Below, piece by piece: positions 21,117-33,652 of a DNA stretch of 64,000 nucleotides. The position numbers were made by a program, and so were the translations under genes. The notes under the pieces are model-generated. The model made no database searches and was not told the origin of the DNA. It saw nothing but the letters and a program-made list of their open reading frames with translations. Every line of letters begins with the position of its first letter. Within the stretch, counting starts at the first letter, position 1. The DNA comes from an uncultured Nitrososphaeraceae archaeon. GTDB taxonomy: Archaea; Thermoproteota; Nitrososphaeria; Nitrososphaerales; Nitrososphaeraceae. The stretch covers positions 160,001 to 224,000 of the forward strand of contig CAVXZB010000019.1 of assembly GCA_963765895.1 (NCBI GenBank), given 5' to 3'.

Positions 21117-22670
21117 ACGAACCTCAACATTTACTCTTTTTATCTCAAAACAGTATTACTGGAACGCTTTAAATAACGCTGGCACTTGTCCAGGGCTATT
21201 TGGGAAAAGTCAAACTCTATCCGATTAGGAGTCTAAACACTGTTAAATCACTCTGGCTAATTTTCCTTAAGTAAACGAGTACCTAAGGTCAGAGCTTGTT
21301 CAAAGGTTATGGTTTGCAACTTTTAAACCCAGCTGGGACACGCATAGTTAACTTGATCCTGAAACAATTCTTTCTTGCATTTCGGAGGCAAACTAATCCA
21401 GAGGGCTGCCGGAGGAACAAAATTTCTGGGAGGCAAAACTTTCCATGACGTACTCTAACTATTGTCAGTTCTTGAGGATATGAGAAGTTCTAACTATCTG
21501 ATGCCGCTAAACATTTTCCGAGAGGCTGTCGAAGCATTTCCTAATGCCACGTAGGTCTCGTTGAGCAGAGTTTTAGCAGACCTAGATCACGCTACCTTAT
21601 TCGTGACATTTTTTTAGGAAATGTCCCGTAGAAACTGTTGCTTCGTAATTGATTGAGCTGCTCGCTCAGCTGACTTGGTTCATTGTTTGCCATCACTCGA
21701 AGTGGTCTCTCGTATATTCTTTGTCACATTCGAAGCATAGGGTTTGACTGCCTCTTCGTCTTTAGCAACTTTCCCTGTCACGTTAGCTATTCTATATCGT
21801 CTCGTCAAATGTCCCTTGATTAGAATTCGTTGATTTGGCCAAGGTGGCCGTTGCAAATAGGGTAAGTTCCAGGGCGACTATGGGTATGACTATTAAAGTC
21901 TGATACAGGCAAAAAGAATCCATGCAGGGGCCCACCACTTGCTTTGGATAAGTTGTCTTGATTTTATTACATTAATGAAATGAACAAGAACCTATTATTC
22001 GTGTGTCCCATCGAATCTTGCGAATGGATTCATGCCTCCATATGACCCCGGTTAGATAGCATTTTGTTCATATTCTGACATCAGTACGCAGAAGGAAGCC
22101 CAGAAATTGATAATGGCATATCATAAGATATAACCACTTGATGAGGAGAAATGAATATTGTTCCGTCATTTTCGAGTCTGTAATAACTGAATAGATCACA
22201 AATCTCAACTAGGGTAATATCTTTACACATATCCGTTCGAAATTAACTATTCTGTTGAATACATCGGGTTAAGTCAGTAAGACAATGTGGTTGTCTAGAC
22301 AAGTGCATGATTCCTTCTAACGAGTCATAATCAACGCAAAATCCTAATCTAGCAATTTAACTGCAAATGTTGTTTCTAGTCTGTTGCCGAAAGTTTACAG
22401 TTAAGGATTTTTAGATGACCCCATTCCATTATTCTGTTGTCTATATTGTCAATTTGTCTGATAGCTGTGTAGATAATAGAAAACACAGTTGCACTTTTTA
22501 GTCAAAACCCTTTTTTCATATCGTTGTTTCATACCGTGTCACCAGATTTTCTTTAATATACGAGTCCTGACTCAATATAAGGTGCATATTTCATTCCTAA
22601 TTCCTCAAACCACGATCCGGTGGCCTTTGCCTCCACTATGGTTTGTGTGATGTCAGGCCAACAGGGTTAT

Positions 22671-22913
22671 TTATTTAAAGTCTGTATTGTGGGCTTCCGC
22701 GGTTATAACTATTTTTCCATTGACCATCCATTTCGCAGATCCTAGATCCTGGCCCTGAGGCCCAGTAGCGCGTGGAATATCTATTTCTAAGTCCTGAAAC
22801 TCGTAGGTTATTTTGGTACCCTTACCTGTTAGGCGATCGAATAATTGAGCCATAAGATCTGGCCACTGACTAGATCCTTCCTTGATTTTTTTTTCATCGA
22901 TTGTTTCTGACAT
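22671..22913 (-). CDS. small hypothetical protein
   Basis: 80-aa ORF with protein-like composition (WPDLMAQLFDRLTGKG...AKWMVNGKIVIT). Confidence 0.65.
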   Translation of the reverse strand: MSETIDEKKIKEGSSQWPDLMAQLFDRLTGKGTKITYEFQDLEIDIPRATGPQGQDLGSAKWMVNGKIVITAEAHNTDFK

Positions 22914-23802
22914 GGTTGATATTGTGATCCCTTTGTTTATAATGATATCCTATTAGCCGGAATTGTATTGTAATACTTGAGATGAAAAGTCTGTATCGCT
23001 AGATACTTGCAATAACTAAAGTAATCATCATTGCGGTTTAATTTACTAGAATATTCCATAGAATAAGCTTTAAAGTGGGTATCATAGTTGACGGATAATA
23101 AGTTCCAGGAAACCAGTAATATACTCAATATACAGGAAACCTTCTAGACATTGGTTGGCATTTACCTTAAGTAAAATCAATAATCATCAAGCGACTAATT
23201 GTGGCCTACACAGAATTAAGTTCAACCTAAGTCCCAATATATTATGCAGGTCATTTCTCAGCAATAGAATTATTGTGATGTTCAGTATTATTGAGCTAAA
23301 CATCGAAGACCAAGATAAAAGGAGGTCAGCTGGAACTATGTGTGATTTTCAAATTTTGATCGGAGCCTTTATTGGATTGACCGCGATTGTTTATTTCTGA
23401 GATACAAATTTAGCAACAATATTTAGTTTGCTAGATAACTCATGATATCATAATATAAGACTATCAATAATCATTTTTTTCAGAGAACCTAATCAAGACT
23501 TAGATGTTTTACTTTTACGAAGGATCCATTTTGACTTCTACTATTAAATCCTATACTGCATCTTGTACAGTGTCTGTCCTTACTAAGAACCAGAAACGAT
23601 CCGAACTTTATCAAAGATAGAGCATTTGAAAATGCTGCGCTTTATGGATTACGATCAAATCTAAGAATCGTAATTTAAGCTAATTAAATTAAGAGACTCG
23701 ACGAATTTAATACTGAGTATTAGCTACATTTTCTAAGCAATCAACGTTCCGGGATCTGTAAACGTTAGACTGGATTGTAATATTTCTGACACGTAACGGT
23801 TA

Positions 23803-24600
23803 TTATGAAGAGCTGACCTCTATCTCCTCCTCTTCATTCTGACTTTCTGTTTGTTCTTCAGTTTCATCGGATGATGATTGTCGGTTCTTGCGCTTTCGGC
23901 GGTTGTCAGCCTTCAATTTTGCTAATTCTTGCTCCACTGATCCATTAACTGAAGCCTTTTGAAGCTCTCTTTCAATCTCATCTGAACCTGCGTCTGATGA
24001 TGTGTAATCGGTAAGAGTTCCTGATTCTAGCATTTCATCCAGTGCCTGCGATTTCGCTTTCATTTGTTCTGTCTTATCCTCTGCCCTGTTCATAGCCATG
24101 CCTACATCGGCCATCTCCTCAGAAATGCCAGTTATACTCTCCTTGATTCTAACTTGGGCTTCAGCGGCGGTGTATTGAGCCTTGATCACTTCTTTCTTCG
24201 ATCTGAACTCTTCAACTTTGGTAGAAAGCCTTTTTTCGGTTTGTTCTAGTTTATCTTGTTCTACTTTCAAGTCATCTATTTGTTTAGCCAGCTGTTGAAG
24301 CTGCATAACATTTGCGTTCTTTCGTTCAAGTGCAAGTTTAGCCAAATCATCCCTGCCAGAATCAACCGCTCTGCTTGCTTGCTCATCCAATGTTCGACTG
24401 TTATCCATGAGCTTTATTTTCTGCATCTCAAGGCGTTTTTTTGCCGTAACAACTTCTGCTATATTTCTCCGCAAATGATTGAGTAACTCAACTTGCTTTG
24501 TATATGAATAATCGAGGGCTTCCTTAGGGTTTTCGAATTTATTAAGAAGAACATTTACCTTTTGCTTAATTAACGTCGTAACACGATTTGTAAGACCCAA
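23803..24600 (-). CDS. pspA: PspA/IM30 (ESCRT-III superfamily) protein
   Basis: 'LLNKFENPKEAL', 'AVDSGRDDLAKLALERK', long coiled coil, 'VEQELAKLK'. Confidence 0.9.
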   Translation of the reverse strand: MGLTNRVTTLIKQKVNVLLNKFENPKEALDYSYTKQVELLNHLRRNIAEVVTAKKRLEMQKIKLMDNSRTLDEQASRAVDSGRDDLAKLALERKNANVMQLQQLAKQIDDLKVEQDKLEQTEKRLSTKVEEFRSKKEVIKAQYTAAEAQVRIKESITGISEEMADVGMAMNRAEDKTEQMKAKSQALDEMLESGTLTDYTSSDAGSDEIERELQKASVNGSVEQELAKLKADNRRKRKNRQSSSDETEEQTESQNEEEEIEVSSS

Positions 24601-24868
24601 ACTCTTTTCTATTATAGACTTCTCACTATTTCTTATTAAATCTAGTGAAAAACCTAGTTAGGTAGACTTCAGTTAGAAATCTGAAAATCATAATAATGAA
24701 CAGATCATCTATTTAATAGTCGAGGCGGAAATTTCTTTATGGTCCAAGATCGGAATAATTTAAGGGGCCTGGGGCGAATGAATTGAATAACTTTAGATTT
24801 ATAGACAAGATTACAAATTAACCTTGTTAACTAGTATTTATATCGCATATTGTAACTATACATTTACT

Positions 24869-25045
24869 ATGGCTATCAAAAAAGAGTGTCCCGAGAAGTA
24901 CGATTGGTGGCTAAATGAGCTAGAATCTTTAGGCGTCAGTGTTAAGGTATTAAATGATCTAAACAATATTCAAGAAGTAAGCGAGCTAACCGAAAATCTT
25001 AAGCAGACTTTCTATCAAGAATATAAGACTACATATTCTGAATGA
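24869..25045 (+). CDS. small hypothetical protein
   Basis: 58-aa ORF from ATG 24869 with a TATA-like TTTATA about 30 nt upstream. Confidence 0.5.
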   Translation: MAIKKECPEKYDWWLNELESLGVSVKVLNDLNNIQEVSELTENLKQTFYQEYKTTYSE

Positions 25046-25688
25046 ATATGCTATAGCCAGAATCCTTCCACATTTATCACACCACAAGGTGGAGGTTATT
25101 TAATGAATGTATAAAGTCATATCATTAATGTGTAAAACAATGCGGAACTTTGCAATTACATTCATCTTCTTGATACTTAGCCGACAAATCCCGGGCCAGT
25201 TTTAGAATCCTCATTTATAAAAGTCCTTGCATGTGTGTCATTGGCTTGATTAACTACTTTCTTACCTATACAGATAGAACTAGATAAAGTTCCTTACTTA
25301 ACTCGTCGGACAGGCCCTCGGGGATTGCTTGGATTGACTTATCTGTTTGGATTGAACTCCAAAGCATTCTAAACAAGTACAGTCAGCTATTGAATATAAC
25401 ATTCAATAGCCTATTTCTTCAGGTACAATGGACACTTATTTAAATACAAAGTTATGTCATAGAGACTAAATAGATCTTTATGTTCAATAGAAACTGATAG
25501 GAACCTTAGTACAAACAACGATTCATAATAAATACTTAATATTCAACACGTTTTCTAATGATGTCGGATTTACATGAAGCAAGCGCTATGGTAATTATTA
25601 CTACATTAGCAAACCCAGATGATAAACGCAGTGGCGAGTCCAGAGCCATAATTGGAAAACCTCGCTATTCATTAGAGGATTTAGAAAA

Positions 25689-28600
25689 TTGATAAAATCA
25701 AGTCATACCTCGGCAATGCGCAGCTGCGGAATCGTTTGCGCAATTTCACTAGTGGTGCTATCAATTTTTAACCAAAACCAATTTGCATCGGCTCAATTAA
25801 CATTTGATCCAAATAATAAATTTGCCAGCTTATTCGGAGACAGTGCAGACGTTAAAACTACCAATAACGTCAAAACGTATCAAATCAACAATCCTACGGT
25901 CTCCAAAAGTCCCTGTACAGACCTCCCAGTAGCGTCTGTGACTTCCAGTGGTGGAACTAATGGAAATAGTGCATTCCGGGCGGTTGATAAGGATGAAGGA
26001 ACAAAATGGTCTTCAAAAGGGACAGGATCCTATCTCCAAGCGGATCTAGGTTCTTCGAAGGCCGTATGCAGTGTTGGAATTGCGTGGGATAAGAGCAATC
26101 ACAAGACTTATGATTTTGTACTGTCTGCATCAAATGGTACTTCAAACTTTAAGGATATTTTGAAAGGATTCTAGTACTAGGAGTTCGGATTATCAATCCT
26201 ATGACTTAGGAAAGATTCATGCCCAATACATAAAGGTTACTCTAGTCAGTAACGGCAATGGCCATGATAGATCCGCGTCCATTAAGGAGTTGAGTGTAAA
26301 GGGCGGAGACGCCCCTGTAAATGTCCCCTCAGTAGCCGCGAGTGTAAAGGGCGGAGACGCCCCTGTAAATGTCCCCTCAGCTCCGAGTGTAAAGGGTGGA
26401 GACGCCCCTGTAAATGTCCCTCAGCTACGGCATCTAGATGTTATAAGCTAGGGATCACTGAATTAAGGGCATCTTCTAGTGATGGGGCTAACACACCGGA
26501 CAATTCCATTGATAATAATCTAAGTACGCGATGGTCAAGCTCAGATAACGCAGCCTATATTCAAGCCGATGTAGGCTCTGTAAAGAGAATCTGTGGAGCA
26601 AGTATTGCATGGTTCAAAGGAGATTCCAGACAGTACTTATTTGCAATAACTACTTCTAGGGATGGGACAAATTATCAATCTGTCTTTAGAGGAATAAGCA
26701 GCGGCGACACAACCCAACCTGAGATCTACCGATTTCATAATACAGATGCTAGATACGTAAAGATAATGGTGACTAGCAACACCGGTAATGACGGCATCGG
26801 AATAAGTGAGCTTGCAGTTTATGGCACCGCTAGACAAAACAGCCCACCACCACAACCACCAGGTAATCCACCACCATCAAAGAACCATGAGCCTTTGGTT
26901 AAGGATATAACAGGTCTTACAACCCCACAAGATACATCTAGGCAAATATCAATAACGGTTTACGATCCTGACACCAAAGATAACGCTACGATTCAAGTAG
27001 TTAGACAACCAAATCACGGAACTGTGGATGCAGGTTCTACCCAGAATAGTTTCAGGTACATTCCTGATAACGGCTATCACGGCTTAGACAACTTCACATA
27101 TCAGGCAACAGATAATCACGGGGCAAAGAGTAACATAGCAACAGTCAGTATATTAGTAGAGCTTGTAAATCATCCTCCAAAAGCTGAAGAGATAACCGGT
27201 ATAATAACCTCTGAAGATAAGCCTGTTCAAATTAGTGCGAAAGTAACCGATCCGGATATTGGTGATACGGTTAGGGTAATTCCGGTCACTCAACCTACTC
27301 ATGGTTCTGTCACGGTCAATAGCACGTCAAGCATCTTTACATATTCTCCTAATAAGGGATATTTTGGTGATGACAACTTTACTTACCAGGGTATAGATGA
27401 CCATGGGGTAAAGAGTAACGTGGCAGCCATTAGTATAAGAGTAAATGCTCCACCCGCTGTAAAAGATCTAACAGTCTTTTCTGTTCAGGATACATCCATT
27501 TCGATACCTCTAACCGGAACAGACCCTGATACTGCACGAGGAGATACTGTATCTCTAGCTATAGTGGACAAGCCGACCCACGGTAATGTCACTCTAGATG
27601 CAATCTCAAAGAATTATGTCTACAAGCCAGCTTCTAACTATACTGGGGACGATGCATTTACGTATCAGGCAACAGATAACCACGGCGCTAAGAGCAACAT
27701 TGGTACTGTGAGTATAACAGTTTTACCAGTCCAATCGTCCTACCACCACCCCAGCCATCAAATCACCACCTACAGTACAGAATACAAATATAACAACTAA
27801 ACAAGACACAGCTGTAACTATTCCAATAACAGTGTCTGATCCTGATCAAGGAGATACAGCAACAATTACCAATACGAATTCTCCATCTCATGGGACGATA
27901 GCACTGGGTTCTGATAAGACTAGTTTTGTATATACACCAACTACAGGATTCTCAGGCTCAGATAGTTTCACTGTTCAGGCAACTGATAGTCACGGGGCAA
28001 AAAGCAATGTAGCTACGATAAGTATTACGGTTACTGCTACGGGCCAAACTCCACCACCACCATCAAATCAACCACCTACAGTACAGAATACAAATATAAC
28101 AACTAAACAAGACACAGCTGTAACTATTCCAATAACAGTGTCTGATCCTGATCAAGGAGATACAGCAACAATTACCAATACGAATTCTCCATCTCATGGG
28201 ACGATAGCACTGGGTTCTGATAAGACTAGTTTTGTATATACACCAACTACAGGATTCTCAGGCTCAGATAGTTTCACTGTTCAGGCAACTGATAGTCACG
28301 GGGCAGAAAAGCAATGTAGCTACGATAAGTATTACGGTTACTGCTACGGGCCAAACTCCACCACCACCACCATCAAATCAACCACCTACAGTACAGAATA
28401 CAAATATAACAACTAAACAAGACACAGCTGTAACTATTCCAATAACAGTGTCTGATCCTGATCAAGGAGATACAGCAACAATTACCAATACGAATTCTCC
28501 ATCTCATGGGACGATAGCACTGGGTTCTGATAAGACTAGTTTTGTATATACACCAACTACAGGATTCTCAGGCTCAGATAGTTTCACTGTTCAGGCAACT

Positions 28601-29473
28601 GATAGTCACGGGGCAAAAAGCAATGTAGCTACGATAAGTATTACGGTTACTCCCTCAACTACAGGGGGAGGAGGCGGAGGTACTGGTCAGGGTGTCGACA
28701 AGTTTGGCATAAAAGAGATATATCCTACTAAACCAGGTGGTGAAGAATGGTTCATGAATATGCAGGATCCCAATCATGACAAACGTACCTCACCACCAAG
28801 TATGACACAAAACTCAGATGGAAGTTGGAAAGTAACCAGCGGCAAAGTTAGGTACGGGGTGTTTACTTCCACTGGATATCATCCTGATCAGATAAAGTAC
28901 AAAACTGACGAAAAGGCAATGGAAAAGCAAGGATATATGCAATCACCTAACGACTGGAAGAATATCGAAATGACTGGCCAAGTTAAGTTTGTTAGCGGCG
29001 ATAGTGGTGACAGTTGGACCTGGTATGCGAGAGGCGGAACACATACAGGAAGTGGAAATCCCTCAGGATGTGAAGGTACAGCATATAAGGCTGATTTATT
29101 TTATGGCAGCGGGCAAGTTCGATATGCAAAAGAACAATGGCACGTCCACTATCTATTCACCGGATCTAAACCGTCGCCAGCAATTAGTAATGGAAAGTTC
29201 GTTGGATTTAAAGCCGCTATGTACAATATAATTCAGAACGGACAGACTGCGGTAAAACTTGAAATCTGGGTAGATCCGAACAATAACAATTCATGGCAAA
29301 AGGTTTACGAACACGTAGACAGTGGCGGTTGGGGAGATGACGGTCAAGAATGCGGTGGTGCAACGGATCAACTGATAACTTGGGGAGGACCTATTGCTAC
29401 ATTCAGATGGGACAATGCAAACAATGTGTCCATAAAGAACCTCAGTGTAAGAGAAATACAACCTCCACAGTAG
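25689..29473 (+). CDS. large secreted surface protein: 2 discoidin (F5/8-type C) domains, 6 Ig-like (Big_9/cadherin-like) repeats, C-terminal beta-sandwich domain; several frameshifts
   Basis: signal peptide; 'AVD....TKWSS.G.GSYLQADLG...VCSVGIAW' and a second copy read at 26440-26830; six P.HG...Y.P..G..G.D.FT.QATD.HG.KSN.ATV.I repeats; single-base slips at ~26170, ~26420, ~27750 and ~28305 join the ORFs. Confidence 0.8.
26292..26425 (+). repeat. 45-48-bp tandem repeat x3 (SVKGGDAPVNVPS linker)
   Basis: GAGTGTAAAGGGCGGAGACGCCCCTGTAAATGTCCCCTCAG repeated three times. Confidence 0.9.
27757..28651 (+). repeat. three near-identical ~306-bp Ig-domain repeats
   Basis: TCTGATCCTGATCAAGG recurs at 27835, 28141 and 28451. 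Confidence 0.92.
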
Positions 29474-29952
29474 TATCCCATCAGCCCACTTTCCGGGTTC
29501 CAACTTTATTTTTAAATACTTAACCCACTTGTTGTTATATCTTGACTTATTTTGAAAACTCTATTACCGAGGTAATAGTTATTATTATTATTATTATAAA
29601 TCCCGATAAAATCCTAATCATTGTGGCTAATTATGTATTTTCGATTGCTATCCTAGTGTTATTGAAATGAGTAACAAGCGAAATAAAATGAATGGAGGCC
29701 TGTTCTATATCAATAACTTGTAAGGTAAAACTAGACACTCTTGTCATTTCAATAATAACATATGAGGCATACCGACGATGCAAAAAGAGATTAGGCTTTA
29801 ATTTATCCTAGGGCTACAATAGACTAGAAAGATCGTCCTAGCTTGAAATGAGGTATCATAGTGGTAGTGCTCGGCCGGCCCGCTTCCGAAAAACAGTCGA
29901 TGAGGATTGTCGAATATATGTGATATAGTCGGTTTGTCGACAATTTCCTAAG

Positions 29953-32900
29953 TCACTCAAAATGATGATAATCTCTAAGGTAATCAATCGTTGGGGTGTT
30001 TTTCCTAACCCATTCCAATGTATTGATAAATGAGATAGCTGCCTCGTGGGTTGTCAGGACAGGAACACCCATTTCAACTGCTTTTCGACGAATTTGGTAC
30101 TCGTCATCCAACATACCAACGTACTTTTCAGCAGTAGAAGTCGAAGGTATATTTATAATGAAGTCAATTTTCCTGCTAAATAAAAGATCTGATATGTTGG
30201 GCTTTCTATCAGGCTCGCTAATTTTATATACCAGTTTCAATTTGACTGCGTCAATATTTCTTGATATGTATTCTGCGGTATGTTCGGTGGCAAGAATATC
30301 GTATCCCATCATTGCTACCTTTGATACTAGAGGCAAAATCCTTTCCTTATTTCTTTGACCACCCACGGTGATTAATGCCGAACCTTTTGTTGGTAATGAA
30401 TAACCGGCGGCCCTGTAAGCCTTGGATAATGCATCGTAAAAACTTTTGCCAAAGCATGCAACTTCACCCGTTGATTGCATCTCTACCCCAAGGACGATGT
30501 CAGCTCCTTCCAGCTGCATGAAAGAAAACTGTGGGACTTTGATCCCAAATTCAGTCGTTTTTAACCAAAGATCCTTAGCGCCCTGAGTAATCGAATGACC
30601 AATCATGGCTTCAGCTGCCAGCTTGATGAGATTTACTCCGATAAATTTTGAAACAAATGGCATGGATCGAGAAGCTCTTACGTTTGCCTCAATTACCGAT
30701 ACTTCGCTCTCTTTTACCAAATACTGTATATTAAATGGTCCAGTTACTTTGAGTGCCTTACCTATTCTTACAGTATAATCGATTATGGTCTCAATTGTTT
30801 CCCGGTCTAGCCTCCAGGGTGGAATACACATCATCGCGTCACCAGAATGGACACCTGCATTATCGATATGTTCAACAATCGATCCGATCACTACATCTTT
30901 CCCGTCTGCGCCAACAGCATCAACTTCTACTTCTGAAGCATCTTGTAGAAATTTACTAATTACAATCGGGTGATCTGGGCTCACCTTTGAGGCAGCTAAT
31001 AGAAACTGTTCTAGCTGATATTCTGCCCATACCACTTTCATGGCAGCACCGCTTAAAACATATGATGGTCGCACAAGTACGGGATATCCTACTTCCATTG
31101 CAAACCTTTTTGCCTCTGACACATTAGTAAAGATCTTCCATGCCGGTTGCTTAATCCTTAACTGGTCGAGAAGCCTACCAAATTTGGATCTATTTTCGGC
31201 TTTGTCCACGTTTTCGCTGCTTGTCCCAATTATCTGGATGCCGTGTCGAGACAGGAGAGGAGTTAGGTTGTTCGCCGTTTGTCCTCCTACGCAAGTTACT
31301 ATGCCAGACGGATTCTCCTTCTCACAAATATCCATCACTCTTTCAAATGTTAACTCCTCAAAGTATAACCGATCACATATATCATAATCAGTAGAAACGG
31401 TTTCAGGATTACAGTTAATAATGGAGACCTTTTTGACACCACTTTCTTTGAGTCCCCATACCATATTTACTGTTCCCCAATCAAATTCAACGCTACTTCC
31501 TATCCTGTATGGTCCAGCTCCTAGCACTACGACGGAGTCTATCTTCTGTTGGTCGTTATTACGTCGATTGTTATATTCAGCCGTCTGAGAGCTGTTATTC
31601 GGATTATCTTTTTTCACCAATGAATCCGGCATTTGCAGACGAATTGTCTCAGAATTCGTATGATGATTAGAAGTTGTGCTAAATCCTTGATTAATCTGAC
31701 TTTGTAGGGCCGAGGATTCATGAGCGAATAGAATGTCATCTATATCTCCACCATATGTCAGGTAAAGGTAGTTTGTTTTTGCTGGCCATTCAGCAGCTAA
31801 GGTATCAATCTGTTTGACAACTGGGATTATCCCAAAAGTTTGTCTTAGTAGTCTCACGTTTTCTTCGTTTAAACCAACACACCTAGCGATTTGTTTGTCG
31901 GAAAAACCGATTTTTTTTGAGCCCTAAGTAAGGATTGCTCCAACTTGGAATTTACTAACTTATTTTCCATTCCAATGATATTTTCAAAACTTGCCAAAAA
32001 CCATGGATCAATTGTCGATAATTCACTTACCCTACTGATACTTATTCCAGCCTTCATGGCCTTTATAACAGTAAACAAGATTTCATCGTTAGGATGCAGT
32101 AGCAGTTCCTCAATTGCTTCTATGTTAGTTCCATTGGAATTCTGTTCGTTGATTTTGTCTGTGTCTTTCCGAGTGTCTAAGCCATCTAGTTTCTGCTCTT
32201 CTGTCGTATTACTTTGTTCTTTATGATGTATCTTAGGCAGATCAGGATAGTAAAATTCGTCCATGTCGTTCTTGATACTTACTTGATCTAAGACGTCGTT
32301 ATTGCTATACTGAATTCTAGCATTGTTATCGGAATACGGTATCAGAAGGAAATGAACTTCCGTTTGACCGCTTTACGTCAATGCTGTCAAGGTTGGCTAC
32401 TAGACCATCTTTGCCCACATCAGTCATTCTGATTGCTTTTTGTAGTACTTCTTCGAAACATCTCCCAATTGCCATGACTTCTCCAATAGACTTCATTGTA
32501 CTGCCAAGTTTTCTTTTTACAAGCTCGAATTTTTGGAAATCCCATCTAGGCATCTTCAATACAACATAATCAAGCGATGGCTCAAAACATGCAGTAGTAG
32601 CTTTAGTTATTCTATTGATAAGCTCTGGTAGAGAATACCCTAACCCGATCTTTCCGCCATGTACGCTAGAGGATAGCCTGTAGCTTTACTTGCCAGAGCA
32701 GAAGACCGGGACAACCTCGCATTGATTTCAACTGCACAATATTCATCCGACCTTACGTCTAGTCCAAACTGTATATTACATTCTCCTACTATCCCACAAT
32801 GATCTGTCGCACGAAGCGCAGCAGAACGCAACATGTGATATTCATGGTTATCTAGTGTCTGAGATGGAGCGACAACGATGTTATCCCCCGTATGTACTCT

Positions 32901-33652
32901 CATCGATAGCATATTTTCCATATTACAGACAATTACACTATTTTTCGAATAATCACGCATAACTTCGTATTCAATCTGCTTCCAATGGCCGACGTATTTC
33001 TCTATAAGCACCTGTCCAACCATACTCAGAGAAAGGCCTCGTTGGACAATTTCTTGAAGCTCGTATTCATTATATGCTACTCCGCCTCCTCTACCACCTA
33101 GGGTATAAGCGACGCGGATCATTACTGGGTAAGCGATACGATTTGCCGTCGTAAGAGCCTCCTGCACGGAATAACAGGGCGCACTTTCCAAAACTGGAAC
33201 TCCTGATTTGATCATGGCTTCTTTAAACAATTGTCTGTCCTCAGTGACTTCTATGCCCCTTATCGGAGTACCCGATACCTCTAATTCCATATTTTTTCAA
33301 GATGCCATTTTTCTCTAATGATACGCCGCAATTCAGTGCTGTCTGTCCGCCAAATGCCAGCATAATGGCATCAGGTCTTTCAGATTCTATAACCTGTTCT
33401 ACGTAGTCGGTAGTAATCGGTAGCAAATATACCTTATCTGCGAATTTCTTGTCAGTTTGTATAGTAGCTATATTCGGATTGATTAGAACACTTGCTATCC
33501 CGTCTTCACTTAGAGCTTTGAGGCATTGCGATCCGGAGTAGTCGAATTAGCGATCGATCATTTTATAATAACCAACTTTCGCCTGCTTCTCCAATCTTAA
33601 TTGCCCCACTGCCGAGGACGAGTATCTTTCTTATAGTATCATCCCGTGTCAT
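29953..33652 (-). CDS. carB: carbamoyl-phosphate synthase large subunit, with a candidate 31-nt intron and several single-base frameshifts
   Basis: start [25 protein letters not shown]|[12 protein letters not shown]; [69 protein letters not shown]; C-terminal MGS domain. Confidence 0.93.
33547..33577 (-). other. candidate bulge-helix-bulge (BHB) mRNA intron in carB, 31 nt
   Basis: pre-mRNA GCA[GGCG]AA^A-GUUGGUUAUU-AUAA-AAUGAUCGAU-[CGCU]AA^U-UCGAC; cutting after the 2nd nt of each bulge rejoins GGC GAA UUC GAC (G-E-F-D). Confidence 0.82.

Noticed and set aside
21200-22000. Relatively GC-rich intergenic stretch, possible RNA gene or IS remnant
   Set aside because: No convincing stems, terminal repeats or transposase motifs; the minus strand looks like a stop-riddled relic of a secreted protein gene, too weak to call.
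26292-26425. Possible CRISPR array
   Set aside because: Units are adjacent with only 4-7 nt between them, lie in frame within a surface protein, and no cas genes are present.
33547-33581. Alternative BHB register with helix GCGA/UCGC
   Set aside because: It would excise 29 nt and leave carB out of frame; only the GGCG/CGCU register restores G-E-F-D.
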